Assembly: GCA_003644215.1 (NCBI GenBank) | Contig: QNBU01000002.1 | Location: 1 to 22,938, forward strand | Direction of reading: 5' to 3' | DNA from: Planctomycetota bacterium | GTDB taxonomy: Bacteria > Planctomycetota > Phycisphaerae > Sedimentisphaerales > Anaerohalosphaeraceae | Length of the DNA: 22,938 nucleotides | Part shown: positions 8,230 to 16,663 of the stretch, piece after piece | Layout: every line of letters begins with the position of its first letter | How positions within the stretch are numbered: position 1 is the stretch's first letter | Made by a program: the position numbers and the translations under genes | Notes under the pieces: model-generated | The model's database searches: none | What the model was told of the DNA's origin: nothing | What the model saw: only the letters and a program-made list of their open reading frames with translations

Positions 8230-8259
8230 GACGCCGTGTTAAACACACGGCGTCTTTTT
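8230..8259 (+). terminator. Rho-independent terminator after tuf
   Basis: Perfect 10-bp stem GACGCCGTGT(8230-8239)/ACACGGCGTC(8245-8254), 5-nt loop, then TTTTT (8255-8259). Confidence 0.8.
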
Positions 8260-8326
8260 GAGTCCTTTCTGTATGGGTTTGAGCTGCAGAAAGGTCGCTG
8301 TGTTTTATCAGAGAGGTCATGCTGTA

Positions 8327-8494
8327 ATGGCAAAATCAAAAAAAAGAGAATATATCTGGCTGGAGTGTAAAGAGTGCGGGGACCGTAACTACCGTACGGA
8401 GGTGAATGTGCAGGGCGGGACTCCCAAGTTTGAGTTGAAGAAATTCTGCAAACGGGAGCGCAAGCATACGGTTCACAAGATCCGCCGCAAATAG
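8327..8494 (+). CDS. rpmG: 50S ribosomal protein L33
   Basis: 55 aa, MAKSKKREYIWLECKECGDRNYRTEVN...KHTVHKIRRK. GAGAGG SD at 8311-8316. The ORF-track start at 8258 adds 23 unconserved residues and overlaps the tuf terminator, so I reject it. Confidence 0.9.
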   Translation: MAKSKKREYIWLECKECGDRNYRTEVNVQGGTPKFELKKFCKRERKHTVHKIRRK

Positions 8495-8502
8495 TCCGTT
8501 AG

Positions 8503-8575
8503 AGGTCAGTAGCTCAATTGGCAGAGCATCGGTCTCCAAAACCGAAGGTTGCGGGTTCGACTCCCTCCTGACCTG
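8503..8575 (+). tRNA. tRNA-Trp, anticodon CCA (no encoded 3' CCA)
   Basis: AGGTCAG-TA-GCTC-AATTGGCA-GAGC-A-TCGGT-CTCCAAA-ACCGA-AGGTT-GCGGG-TTCGACT-CCCTC-CTGACCT-G. The only imperfection is one C-U mismatch in the T stem (50-64). A tRNA-Trp between rpmG and secE is a known conserved position. Confidence 0.9.
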
Positions 8576-8639
8576 TTCTAAAGATGGAGGCCTAAAGAGC
8601 CGTCAAAAAAAACAATCGAAACGAACGAGGCAGCACGCG

Positions 8640-9026
8640 ATGAATTTGAAAATATACAAGCGAAGTCAGGGTAAGAACTCCCGGTTATGGACTGCGATGA
8701 CCTTGTTTCTGGTCGTCGCTGTTGGTTGTTGGAAGCTACATCTGAAGCTGCAGATTCAGGACAATGTTTGGCTGCATACCCTGGTTCCGGCGGCGGTTTG
8801 TGCGGTATTTGCTGCTGTGATTTACTGGTTGAGCAATAAGCCGGTAATCGCGGATTTTCTGATTGCCGCTGAAGGCGAGATCAAGAAGGTTAGCTGGTCC
8901 AGCCGGAAGGAGATTATTAACTCAACGCTGATCGTTATTTCGGTGGTCGTGATTATGGCGACCGGGCTGGGTTTAGTTGATCTTGGCTTTCGATTATTCT
9001 TTAGCGAAATTGTTAATTTGTATTAA
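8640..9026 (+). CDS. secE: Preprotein translocase subunit SecE (long, three predicted TM segments)
   Basis: 128 aa. The conserved C-terminal SecE core is FLIAAEGEIKKVSWSSRKEIINSTLIVISVVVIMATGLGLVD. Two extra hydrophobic segments lie N-terminal to it. The position between tRNA-Trp and nusG supports the call. Confidence 0.88.
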   Translation: MNLKIYKRSQGKNSRLWTAMTLFLVVAVGCWKLHLKLQIQDNVWLHTLVPAAVCAVFAAVIYWLSNKPVIADFLIAAEGEIKKVSWSSRKEIINSTLIVISVVVIMATGLGLVDLGFRLFFSEIVNLY

Positions 9027-9065
9027 CATTTGACCGCATGCGGTTGTGCGGAAGGGATAGTATTT

Positions 9066-9605
9066 ATGCAATGGTTCGTTTTACGGGTTGCCTCCAATAA
9101 AGAAGAGCGGGTCAGGGAAGCCCTGGATCGTAAAATACAGGTTGAAGCTGTCGAAGGCGTTGGGCGAATTGCAGTCCCGATCGAACAGCTTAAACGGGTT
9201 CGTGCCGGTAAACAACGCGTGTTCAAGCGCAAGCTGTACCCGGGCTATGTTTTCATGGAAGTTGAACCCAAAGAAGACGGACGGGTTCCGGACGCCGTGT
9301 GGTATATCATTAAGGACACGATTAGTGCCGGCGACTTTATCGGCACTGAGGGGGTTCCGACACCGATGCGGGATACCGATGTGGCCAGGATGCTGAAAGA
9401 AATTGAAAAACCCGAAGATACCCCGAATATCAAAATGGAATTTGAGAAGGGTGATGTCGTGAAGATTCGCGAAGGGGCGTTTGAGAACTTTGAGGGTGTG
9501 GTCGATGACATCGACGGCGAACGCGGCATGGTGCAGGTAATTGTATCGATCTTTGGCCGCAGCACCCCATTGGATATTGAGTATTGGCAGATTGAGAAAG
9601 TGTAA
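9066..9605 (+). CDS. nusG: Transcription termination/antitermination factor NusG
   Basis: The N-terminus MQWFVLRVASNKEE is a typical NGN start. The KOW motif is FEKGDVVKIREGAFENFEGVV...VSIFGRSTP. GAAGGGA SD at 9051-9057. The ORF-track TTG at 9030 adds 12 unconserved residues. Confidence 0.93.
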   Translation: MQWFVLRVASNKEERVREALDRKIQVEAVEGVGRIAVPIEQLKRVRAGKQRVFKRKLYPGYVFMEVEPKEDGRVPDAVWYIIKDTISAGDFIGTEGVPTPMRDTDVARMLKEIEKPEDTPNIKMEFEKGDVVKIREGAFENFEGVVDDIDGERGMVQVIVSIFGRSTPLDIEYWQIEKV

Positions 9606-9649
9606 ATACAGGTATGCAAGTATATAAGTATACAGGTGTGCAAGTATAT
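9606..9649. repeat. Tandem 20-nt direct repeat (period 24) in the nusG-rplK spacer
   Basis: ATACAGGTATGCAAGTATAT (9606-9625) versus ATACAGGTGTGCAAGTATAT (9630-9649), 19/20 identical. Each copy ends in a TATAT -10-like tract. Confidence 0.6.
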
Positions 9650-9685
9650 GAGGTTATGAGCATTTTATAAATAGCGGGATTTACA

Positions 9686-10111
9686 ATGGCAAAAGAAATT
9701 ACGAGTAAAATTAAATTACAGGCCCCCGGCGGGCAGGCGACTCCGGCTCCTCCGATCGGCCCGGCGCTGGGTCAGCACGGTGTCAATATCGGTCAATTCG
9801 TTCAGCAGTTCAATGAACGCACCAAAGATATGAATGGGATGACCGTTCCGGTTGAGATCAGCGTCTATGCGGATCGCAGCTTTGATTTTATCGTCAAAAG
9901 CCCTCCGGCGGCGGTTTTACTTAAGAGCGAGGCCGGGTTGGCCAAGGGCAGTGGCGAGCCGAACAAGGAAAAGGTCGGCAAGGTTACCAAGGCCCAGATC
10001 CGTAAGATCGTGGAAATAAAGTTTGCTGACCTGAACGCTTATGACCTTGAACGGGCAGACCTTATTATTGAGGGAACGGCTCGCAGTATGGGAATTGAGG
10101 TTGAGGGTTAA
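9686..10111 (+). CDS. rplK: 50S ribosomal protein L11
   Basis: 141 aa. [26 protein letters not shown] is the L11 signature. Conserved position after nusG. Confidence 0.97.
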   Translation: MAKEITSKIKLQAPGGQATPAPPIGPALGQHGVNIGQFVQQFNERTKDMNGMTVPVEISVYADRSFDFIVKSPPAAVLLKSEAGLAKGSGEPNKEKVGKVTKAQIRKIVEIKFADLNAYDLERADLIIEGTARSMGIEVEG

Positions 10112-10206
10112 AAAAGTTCGTAGTTCGTAGTTTTTAGTTATTGTTGCTGACCACGGCGTTGCAGTGGGAGCGAAAATATCGGTTAATTTGTTTCGCGAGG
10201 AATATT

Positions 10207-10896
10207 ATGAGAAAAAGAAGTAAACGATACAGTGCGGATGAGCAAAAGGGAGCCAGCGATATCCTGTCCTTAGCGGACGCGGTGAAAAAGGTCAAGACAT
10301 TTGGTTCGACGAAGTTTGATCAGACGGTTGAGTGTGTGATGCATCTGGGGATCGATCCCAAGCAGGCCGACCAGATGATTCGTGGGGCGATCTCGCTTCC
10401 CAACGGCATCGGCAAGGCGCGTAGAGTGATCGCTTTTTGCGAGGATTCAGAGGCCGATGCGGCTAAGGCGGCGGGGGCCATTGAGGCCGGTTGTGATGAG
10501 CTGATCGAAAAAGTCTCGAAGGGCTGGATGGATTTTGATGTGGCGATTGCCGCTCCGAAAGTGATGGGCAAGGCCGGGAAACTGGGTCGTGTTCTGGGGC
10601 CTCAGGGCAAGATGCCCTCGCCGAAAAACGGAACCGTTACACCGAAAGTTGTTGAGGCCGTCAAGGAGTTTGCAGCCGGTAAAGTTGAATTCCGAAACGA
10701 TTCCGGTGGGAATATTCACGCCGTCGTCGGCAAAGTCAGTTTTGACGCGGACAAACTTATGGAGAATACGCAGGCATTTATTGAGCATATTAAAAAAATG
10801 AGGCCGCAGACGCTGAAAGGCGCCTATGTCAAAAAACTCTGCCTGACCGCGACGATGAGTCCCAGTGTGCTGGTGGATGTGTCTATTGCGTCCTGA
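10207..10896 (+). CDS. rplA: 50S ribosomal protein L1
   Basis: Taken from the internal Met (MRKRSKRYSA...), the product is 229 aa with L1-family features: FDQTVE...HLGIDPKQADQMIRG, GPQGKMPSPKNGTV. GCGAGGA SD at 10194-10200. The ORF-track start at 10141 adds 22 unconserved residues. Confidence 0.93.
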   Translation: MRKRSKRYSADEQKGASDILSLADAVKKVKTFGSTKFDQTVECVMHLGIDPKQADQMIRGAISLPNGIGKARRVIAFCEDSEADAAKAAGAIEAGCDELIEKVSKGWMDFDVAIAAPKVMGKAGKLGRVLGPQGKMPSPKNGTVTPKVVEAVKEFAAGKVEFRNDSGGNIHAVVGKVSFDADKLMENTQAFIEHIKKMRPQTLKGAYVKKLCLTATMSPSVLVDVSIAS

Positions 10897-10949
10897 ATGC
10901 GTGAGAAACTTAAGCTAATTAGTTGGCTTTTTAGATAAAAGGTGAGACG

Positions 10950-11477
10950 ATGAGTTATTTTGTTAAGAGTCTGGTTCAAAGCGAATACGAAAATATCTTC
11001 GGCGCTGTCAGCGACTTTGTTGTTGTTGATATGACCGGAGTCAGCGGCGTTGATAACAACATCCTGCGTGGCGAGTTGAAGGAAAAGGGCATTCATTTGA
11101 CGATTGTTAAAAACTCGATGATGCGTCGCGCCCTGAAGAGCTTGGGTATGGATGATGCGTGTGCGGCGTTTGGGTCCGGTCCGTGTACGGTTGCTTATGG
11201 CGGCGACAGTGTGGTTGATATTGCCAAAGAGGTTGTCGATTGGGCCAAGAAGATCAAGGCAATCGAGCCCAGGGGTGCTTTCGTGGATGGTATGCTGATG
11301 GCCGGCGACGGCGTCAAAGAACTTTCCAAGATGCCGACCCGTGTGGAATTGCAGGGCCAGGTGGTCCAGCTTGCCCTGACGCCCGGAGCCAATGTGGCCG
11401 GCGCCTTGCTCGGCCCCGGCGGTGTCATTGCTGGTTGTGTTGAGAGTTTGATTGAGAAACTTGAAGAAGCGGCGTAA
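10950..11477 (+). CDS. rplJ: 50S ribosomal protein L10
   Basis: 175 aa, in the conserved position between rplA and rplL. The sequence is L10-like (…LRGELKEKGIHLTIVKNSMMRRAL…). AAGGTGAG SD. Confidence 0.9.
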   Translation: MSYFVKSLVQSEYENIFGAVSDFVVVDMTGVSGVDNNILRGELKEKGIHLTIVKNSMMRRALKSLGMDDACAAFGSGPCTVAYGGDSVVDIAKEVVDWAKKIKAIEPRGAFVDGMLMAGDGVKELSKMPTRVELQGQVVQLALTPGANVAGALLGPGGVIAGCVESLIEKLEEAA

Positions 11478-11631
11478 AGAAGTTCGTGGTTTGTAGTTAA
11501 GGAATCGGCTTTGGTCGAAACTGTTTTATTTTAGAGAATTAGATTTTGTTATCGCGGCTGTCCCGATGGGGTTAAACGGACGGCGTAGTCCGGCTACCGC
11601 GAAACACTTTAGAACAATAGGAGTTAATGAA

Positions 11632-12033
11632 ATGTCTGACGAAACAAGAGAATTCAGTGCGGAAACTAAAGAACTGGGCGATAAGATTGTAGCCCTGACA
11701 CTCATGCAGGCCAAGGAATTGGCGGATTATCTCAAGGACGAGCATGGTATCGAGCCGGCAGCCGGTGGTGCTGTGATGATGGCCGGCCCCGCCGCAGGCG
11801 GCGAAGCGGTTGAAGAAGAAAAGACCAGTTTCGATGTCATTCTGAAGGAAATCGGCGACAAGAAGATCCAGGTGATTAAGGAAGTTCGTGCGTTGACCGG
11901 TTTGGGGCTAAAAGAAGCCAAGGCCGTGGTTGATGCGGCACCCAAGGCGGTTAAAGAAGGTGTCTCGAAGGAAGAGGCCGAAGAAGCCAGGGCCGCACTT
12001 GAAGCGGCTGGCGCTGTTGCAGCCGTTGAGTAG
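11632..12033 (+). CDS. rplL: 50S ribosomal protein L7/L12
   Basis: The product from the internal Met is 133 aa. It has an Ala/Gly-rich hinge ([18 protein letters not shown]) and the C-terminal domain [49 protein letters not shown] at 11618-11623. The ORF-track start at 11566 is an unconserved extension. Confidence 0.95.
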   Translation: MSDETREFSAETKELGDKIVALTLMQAKELADYLKDEHGIEPAAGGAVMMAGPAAGGEAVEEEKTSFDVILKEIGDKKIQVIKEVRALTGLGLKEAKAVVDAAPKAVKEGVSKEEAEEARAALEAAGAVAAVE

Positions 12034-12104
12034 TTTTAACCGGGTTGCACTCAAAAGTTAGACTAAAGAACCTGCATAACGCTGTTTGACGATGCAATAT
12101 AACA

Positions 12105-12136
12105 GGATGGCCGAGGTGTTTTTCTCGGTTTCATCC
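12105..12136 (+). promoter_or_regulatory. Interrupted stem-loop in the rplL-rpoB spacer (possible attenuator or processing structure)
   Basis: The outer stem is GGATG(12105-12109) with CATCC(12132-12136). The inner stem is CCGAG(12111-12115) with CTCGG(12124-12128), and the loop is GTGTTTTT. No canonical U-tract follows. E. coli has an attenuator and an RNase III site at the equivalent position. Confidence 0.25.
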
Positions 12137-12204
12137 CTTGAGTTTTCATCGAGCGTGTCATGCGGGATTGAAACAAAAAACGAGTCGTAATGGAGACAGG
12201 TCGA

Positions 12205-15200
12205 ATGAAGTTACGAGCCATCCGAAATTTCGGTAAGATCGATGACGCGACAGGGGTTCCGGACCTGACCGAGGTGCAGTTAGACAGCTATGGTCGGTTT
12301 ATCCAACTGGACGCTGCACTCAATGAGCGAAAAGACGCAGGGTTTGAAGCGCTGTTCAGGGAGATTTTCCCCATCGTCAGCTATGACAAGACGATGGAGC
12401 TGGAATATCTCGGCTATGAGCTGGAAAAACCGCGATACACGCTCGATCAGTGCCGGGAACTTCGGCTGACCTATGGTCGTCCGCTGAAGGTTCACTGTCG
12501 GCTTAAACGGAAGGACGCCGATGATATTGCCGAGCAGGCGATCTATCTGGGCGAGATGCCCATAATGATCGGCGGTGGTGAGTTTATTATCAACGGGGCC
12601 GAGCGGGTCATCGTCAATCAGCTTCACCGCAGTCCGGGTGTGGATTTTGGCATCGACAGCAAGGACGGAGACCGTGTACTTCACGGCGCACGCATTATTC
12701 CCGAACGGGGAAGCTGGATCGAAATCGCTGTAACCAAAAAAGATGTGATGGTCATTCGGATAGACCAGTCCAGCAAGATTCCCGCGACGACTTTCCTGCG
12801 GGCGATGGATGAAAAATACGGCAAGACCGAAGACCTGATTCGACTGTTCTATAAAACAAAGAAAGTCAAGGCCAAGAAACTCGACCCGGCGATGTGGTCG
12901 GTGGGGCCGATTGTGGACGGGGAAACCGGTGAAATCTTAGTTGAAGCGGGTAGTCAATTGGGCGATGCCGTTGCTTCGATTCAGGGTGCAACGATTGCGA
13001 CAAGTTCAACAGATATGCCCAAGGGAGACATCGAAACTCAAGTAAAAGATTGGATGAAAAGGAATCTTGAGTTTAGTTATGTGGATTGTCCCTCGCTTTC
13101 GGATGAAAATATTGAGCTTCTCGAAGAACGCCTTATGCTTGAGTTTCCTTCTGGGAAAAAGAACATTAGGAATTTGCCGGATATCCCTCGGTTTAACAAG
13201 CAACTCAACAAAAAGAAAGCAGTGACAGCAAAGGATGTCCGGAAAAGGTGGGATGCCGAAGCTACTGCGGAAATGCAGGAAAAGTTTACGGAGTGTCTGC
13301 ATAGATTCAAAGATAAGGATGGAGAGTGGTTTGCACCAGATAACATTCCGACGAAAAAGCAGGATGTAGCAATAGCGAATGGAGGCATATATGCCTATAG
13401 GGATTTGGCGACTAAGGATGTGTCTGATGGATATGTTGGAAAAGCAGTCGAGCAGGCTCTGCAAAAACGGCTTGGCAATCACTATAAAGACAGTTCATTT
13501 ACAAAATCCGGATTACTTAACGATAGCTTGAAAAATAGTATCGCTGAAGCCCTTGGATTTTACGAGGCAAAGTCAAAAGAAGCCAGTGTAAAACAAGCGA
13601 AGTCCGGAAGTATTGATTCCGTGGAGGTGGTCGTTAATGCTGGTGATACGCTGATTTTGACGACGCTGGCTGAGGATAAGGCCGAAAGCCACGAAGATGC
13701 TTTGATGAGGATTTATTCGCGGCTGCGTCCGGGCAATCCGGCTCAGGCGGATAAAGCGAAGACTCTCTTTGAAGAAAAGTTTTATGATACCAACCGATAT
13801 CGCCTGGGCAAGGTCGGACGATTCCGCCTGAACCGCAAATTCGGAACCGATGTTCCGCTGGATCGGATGGCGCTGTGTGCTGAAGACTTTCTGCGAACGA
13901 TGAAGTATGTTCTGGGGTTGCGGAACAATGAGGGCGAGGTTGATGATATTGACCATCTGGGCAACCGCCGTCTGCGGACGGTTGACGAGTTGGCGGCTGG
14001 TGAAATCCGTAAGGGTCTGCTGAAACTCCGCCGCACCGTTCAGGAGCGGATGAGTATGAAAAGCCCGGAGGACATTACGCGCGTGGCCGACCTGGTCAAC
14101 AGCAAGAGTGTTTCTTCGAGTATCGACTTCTTCTTTGGTCGGGGCGAACTGAGCCAGGTGGTCGATCAGACCAATGCCCTGAGCCAATTGACGCATGAAC
14201 GGCGATTGAGTGCCTTGGGGCCGGGCGGTTTGAACCGTAAACGGGCTGGTTTTGAGGTGCGGGATGTGCATTTGAGCCATTACGGCCGCGTGTGTCCGAT
14301 TGAAACGCCGGAAGGGACCAATATCGGGCTGATTGTCTCGCTTGGGCTGTTTTCCAAGGTTGACGAGTACGGTTTTTTGATTACACCGTACCGAAAAGTG
14401 AAAAACAAAAAGCTGACGGGTGAAATTGTTCATCTGCGGGCGGATGAAGAGATCAATGCGGTTTTTGCTCCGCCGAGCATGGTGGATGTTGAAAAGAATA
14501 AACTGCGGGATGGTTTGGTGTTGGCACGAAAAGAGGGCGATCTGACCCAGTGCGACAGCAGCGAAGTTGACTTTGTGGATGTTTCGCCGCGGCAGACGGT
14601 GGGTATTTCGGCGGCTCTTATTCCATTCCTTGAGCATGACGATGCCAACCGTGCGTTGATGGGGTCGAATATGCAGCGCCAATCGGTGCCGCTATTGCAG
14701 ACCGAGGCACCGCTGGTGGGTACGGGCATGGAAGTGGAAGTGGCCGCTAACTCCAGTATGGTTGTTAAGGCCCGCCAGTCGGGAACCATCACGGCGGTGG
14801 ACGCGACGCATATTGTGATTGACCAGATCGATGAGTATCTGCTGGAGAAATTTATTGGCCTCAATGAACGAACTTGTCTGAACCAGAAACCCATTATCGA
14901 ACCGGGGCAGAAAGTTAAGAAAGGCCAGGTCATCGCTGACGGCGGCGGCACCAGCCAGGGGCGTTTGGCGCTGGGACGAAATGTACTGGTTGCGTTTGTC
15001 CCCTTCGACGGTTACAACTTTGAGGATGCCATTTTGATCAGCGAAAAGCTGGTCAAAGAGGATGCTTTCACCAGTATTCATATTGACGAATTCAGCGTCG
15101 AGGTCCGTGAAACCAAATTGGGCCGTGAGGAGTTTACCTGCGACATCCCGAATGTCAGTGAAAAGGCCCTGAGTGATCTTGACGAACGGGGGATTGTTCG

Positions 15201-16581
15201 TGAAGGGACGCGGGTCGGCCCGGGTGATATTCTCGTGGGCAAGGTTTCGCCCAAGAGCAAGACCGAACTGACCCCGGAAGAAAAACTGCTGCACGCGATC
15301 TTTGGACGGGCCGGTGAAGATGTGAAAAACGACTCGCTGGAAGTACCCAGCGGCTATGAGGGTGTTGTTATCAAGACCCGTCATTTCAAGCGAAAAGCCG
15401 CCGAAACCGATGAAGAGCGAAAGGCGATCAAGGATAAGATGCGGCAGGTCGAAGCGGATGTCATCGCCAAGGAATGTGAACTGTTCAGGCAGATGATGAC
15501 GGATATCCACGAGTCTTTGAAAATTGAGGTTGTGGACCCGGCGACACGCCAGAAAGCGGGTGTCAGCGACGACAACGATGTTCTTTATGAACAGATAGAA
15601 GAATTTGATATTGCCTGGGTCAAGCCCGCTAAAGTCCGCGGCGACGCTCAGAAGATTGTTGACCAGTACTGGCCCAAAATCGTTGATCTTCAGGACGAGA
15701 AAAAGCGGCAGTTGGATTCGATGAAGCATGGCGACGAATTGCCCAGCGGCGTCCTTGAGATGGTTAAAATTTATGTTGCGACCAAGCGAACCCTTTCGGT
15801 TGGCGACAAGATGGCCGGACGCCATGGTAACAAGGGTGTGATTGCTAAGATTATGCCGGTGGAAGATATGCCGTTTTTGGAAGATGGTACGCCGGTTGAC
15901 ATCTGCCTGAATCCGCTGGGTGTACCGTCCCGTATGAATGTGGGGCAGATTCTTGAGACGCATCTTGGCTGGGCGGGCAAGGTACTCGGTTTCGACGCAA
16001 TGACGCCGGTTTTTGCCGGAGCGACCGAAGAAGACATCTTTAATGTAACCGAAGAGGCGAACGCCTTTGTTCGTGATCGGATACAGGAAATCGAAGCTAA
16101 AAAGCAGGTGCCGCCTGTAGATGAATTGTTCGCGGAAATTCCGCCGGAGTTGAAGACACGCATCTACGACGGCCGCACGGGTGAACCCTTCGATCAGAGC
16201 GTGACGATTGGCTATATTTATATGCTGAAACTGCATCACCTGGTGGATGAGAAAATTCATGCTCGTTCAACCGGCCCGTACAGCTTGATTACGCAGCAGC
16301 CGCTGGGCGGAAAGGCACGAACCGGCGGCCAGCGATTTGGTGAGATGGAAGTGTGGGCGCTGGAGGCCTATGGCGCCGCTTACACCTTGCAGGAACTGTT
16401 GACGGTCAAAAGTGATGACATCGAGGGTCGCACGAAGATTTATGAATCGATGGTCAAGGGAACCAATACGCTGGAAGCGGGTACGCCGATTTCTTTTGAT
16501 GTGCTTTGTAATGAAATTCGCGGCCTGGGTCTGAATATTCAGCTTGAAAAGAAGCGTGTTGGTGGTTCGGCCCCAATCTAA
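12205..16581 (+). CDS. rpoB: DNA-directed RNA polymerase subunit beta, carrying a ~205-aa lineage-specific insertion
   Basis: Collinear with E. coli beta: [42 protein letters not shown]...[85 protein letters not shown] at 12192-12195 lies 9 nt before ATG 12205. The in-frame ATG at 12190 (the ORF-track start) is an alternative. Total length is about 1458-1463 aa. Confidence 0.97.
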   Translation: MKLRAIRNFGKIDDATGVPDLTEVQLDSYGRFIQLDAALNERKDAGFEALFREIFPIVSYDKTMELEYLGYELEKPRYTLDQCRELRLTYGRPLKVHCRLKRKDADDIAEQAIYLGEMPIMIGGGEFIINGAERVIVNQLHRSPGVDFGIDSKDGDRVLHGARIIPERGSWIEIAVTKKDVMVIRIDQSSKIPATTFLRAMDEKYGKTEDLIRLFYKTKKVKAKKLDPAMWSVGPIVDGETGEILVEAGSQLGDAVASIQGATIATSSTDMPKGDIETQVKDWMKRNLEFSYVDCPSLSDENIELLEERLMLEFPSGKKNIRNLPDIPRFNKQLNKKKAVTAKDVRKRWDAEATAEMQEKFTECLHRFKDKDGEWFAPDNIPTKKQDVAIANGGIYAYRDLATKDVSDGYVGKAVEQALQKRLGNHYKDSSFTKSGLLNDSLKNSIAEALGFYEAKSKEASVKQAKSGSIDSVEVVVNAGDTLILTTLAEDKAESHEDALMRIYSRLRPGNPAQADKAKTLFEEKFYDTNRYRLGKVGRFRLNRKFGTDVPLDRMALCAEDFLRTMKYVLGLRNNEGEVDDIDHLGNRRLRTVDELAAGEIRKGLLKLRRTVQERMSMKSPEDITRVADLVNSKSVSSSIDFFFGRGELSQVVDQTNALSQLTHERRLSALGPGGLNRKRAGFEVRDVHLSHYGRVCPIETPEGTNIGLIVSLGLFSKVDEYGFLITPYRKVKNKKLTGEIVHLRADEEINAVFAPPSMVDVEKNKLRDGLVLARKEGDLTQCDSSEVDFVDVSPRQTVGISAALIPFLEHDDANRALMGSNMQRQSVPLLQTEAPLVGTGMEVEVAANSSMVVKARQSGTITAVDATHIVIDQIDEYLLEKFIGLNERTCLNQKPIIEPGQKVKKGQVIADGGGTSQGRLALGRNVLVAFVPFDGYNFEDAILISEKLVKEDAFTSIHIDEFSVEVRETKLGREEFTCDIPNVSEKALSDLDERGIVREGTRVGPGDILVGKVSPKSKTELTPEEKLLHAIFGRAGEDVKNDSLEVPSGYEGVVIKTRHFKRKAAETDEERKAIKDKMRQVEADVIAKECELFRQMMTDIHESLKIEVVDPATRQKAGVSDDNDVLYEQIEEFDIAWVKPAKVRGDAQKIVDQYWPKIVDLQDEKKRQLDSMKHGDELPSGVLEMVKIYVATKRTLSVGDKMAGRHGNKGVIAKIMPVEDMPFLEDGTPVDICLNPLGVPSRMNVGQILETHLGWAGKVLGFDAMTPVFAGATEEDIFNVTEEANAFVRDRIQEIEAKKQVPPVDELFAEIPPELKTRIYDGRTGEPFDQSVTIGYIYMLKLHHLVDEKIHARSTGPYSLITQQPLGGKARTGGQRFGEMEVWALEAYGAAYTLQELLTVKSDDIEGRTKIYESMVKGTNTLEAGTPISFDVLCNEIRGLGLNIQLEKKRVGGSAPI

Positions 16582-16663
16582 GATAAAATCAGAATTGACG
16601 CGTGTTATAAACGCCCGCGATTGACGGGATAAAAATCGACATATAGTCGGAGTTGGTTTGAAA

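Noticed and set aside
8258-11631. N-terminal extensions in the ORF track for rpmG (8258), nusG (9030, TTG), rplA (10141) and rplL (11566).
   Set aside because: The extensions are unconserved and overlap terminators or spacers. Each internal Met has a properly spaced Shine-Dalgarno and gives the canonical family N-terminus.
12990-13620. Whether the rpoB insertion is an intein or a mobile intervening element.
   Set aside because: There is no Cys/Ser/Thr at a plausible N-extein junction followed by intein block A/B motifs, no C-terminal His-Asn plus nucleophile, no homing-endonuclease (LAGLIDADG/HNH) motif, and no flanking direct repeats. It reads as an ordinary in-frame domain insertion.
13573-16260. 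Very long antisense ORFs opposite rpoB (369 aa at 13573..14682 and 522 aa at 14692..16260). Similar ones lie opposite rpoC, tuf and the radical-SAM gene.
   Set aside because: They lie in the codon-aligned antisense frame and are bounded exactly by rare sense codons: TCA at 13573-13575 and CTA at 14692-14694. Their length therefore just reflects avoidance of TTA/CTA/TCA codons in a highly expressed gene. The products are Arg/Leu/Phe-rich low-complexity sequence with no RBS and no family resemblance.
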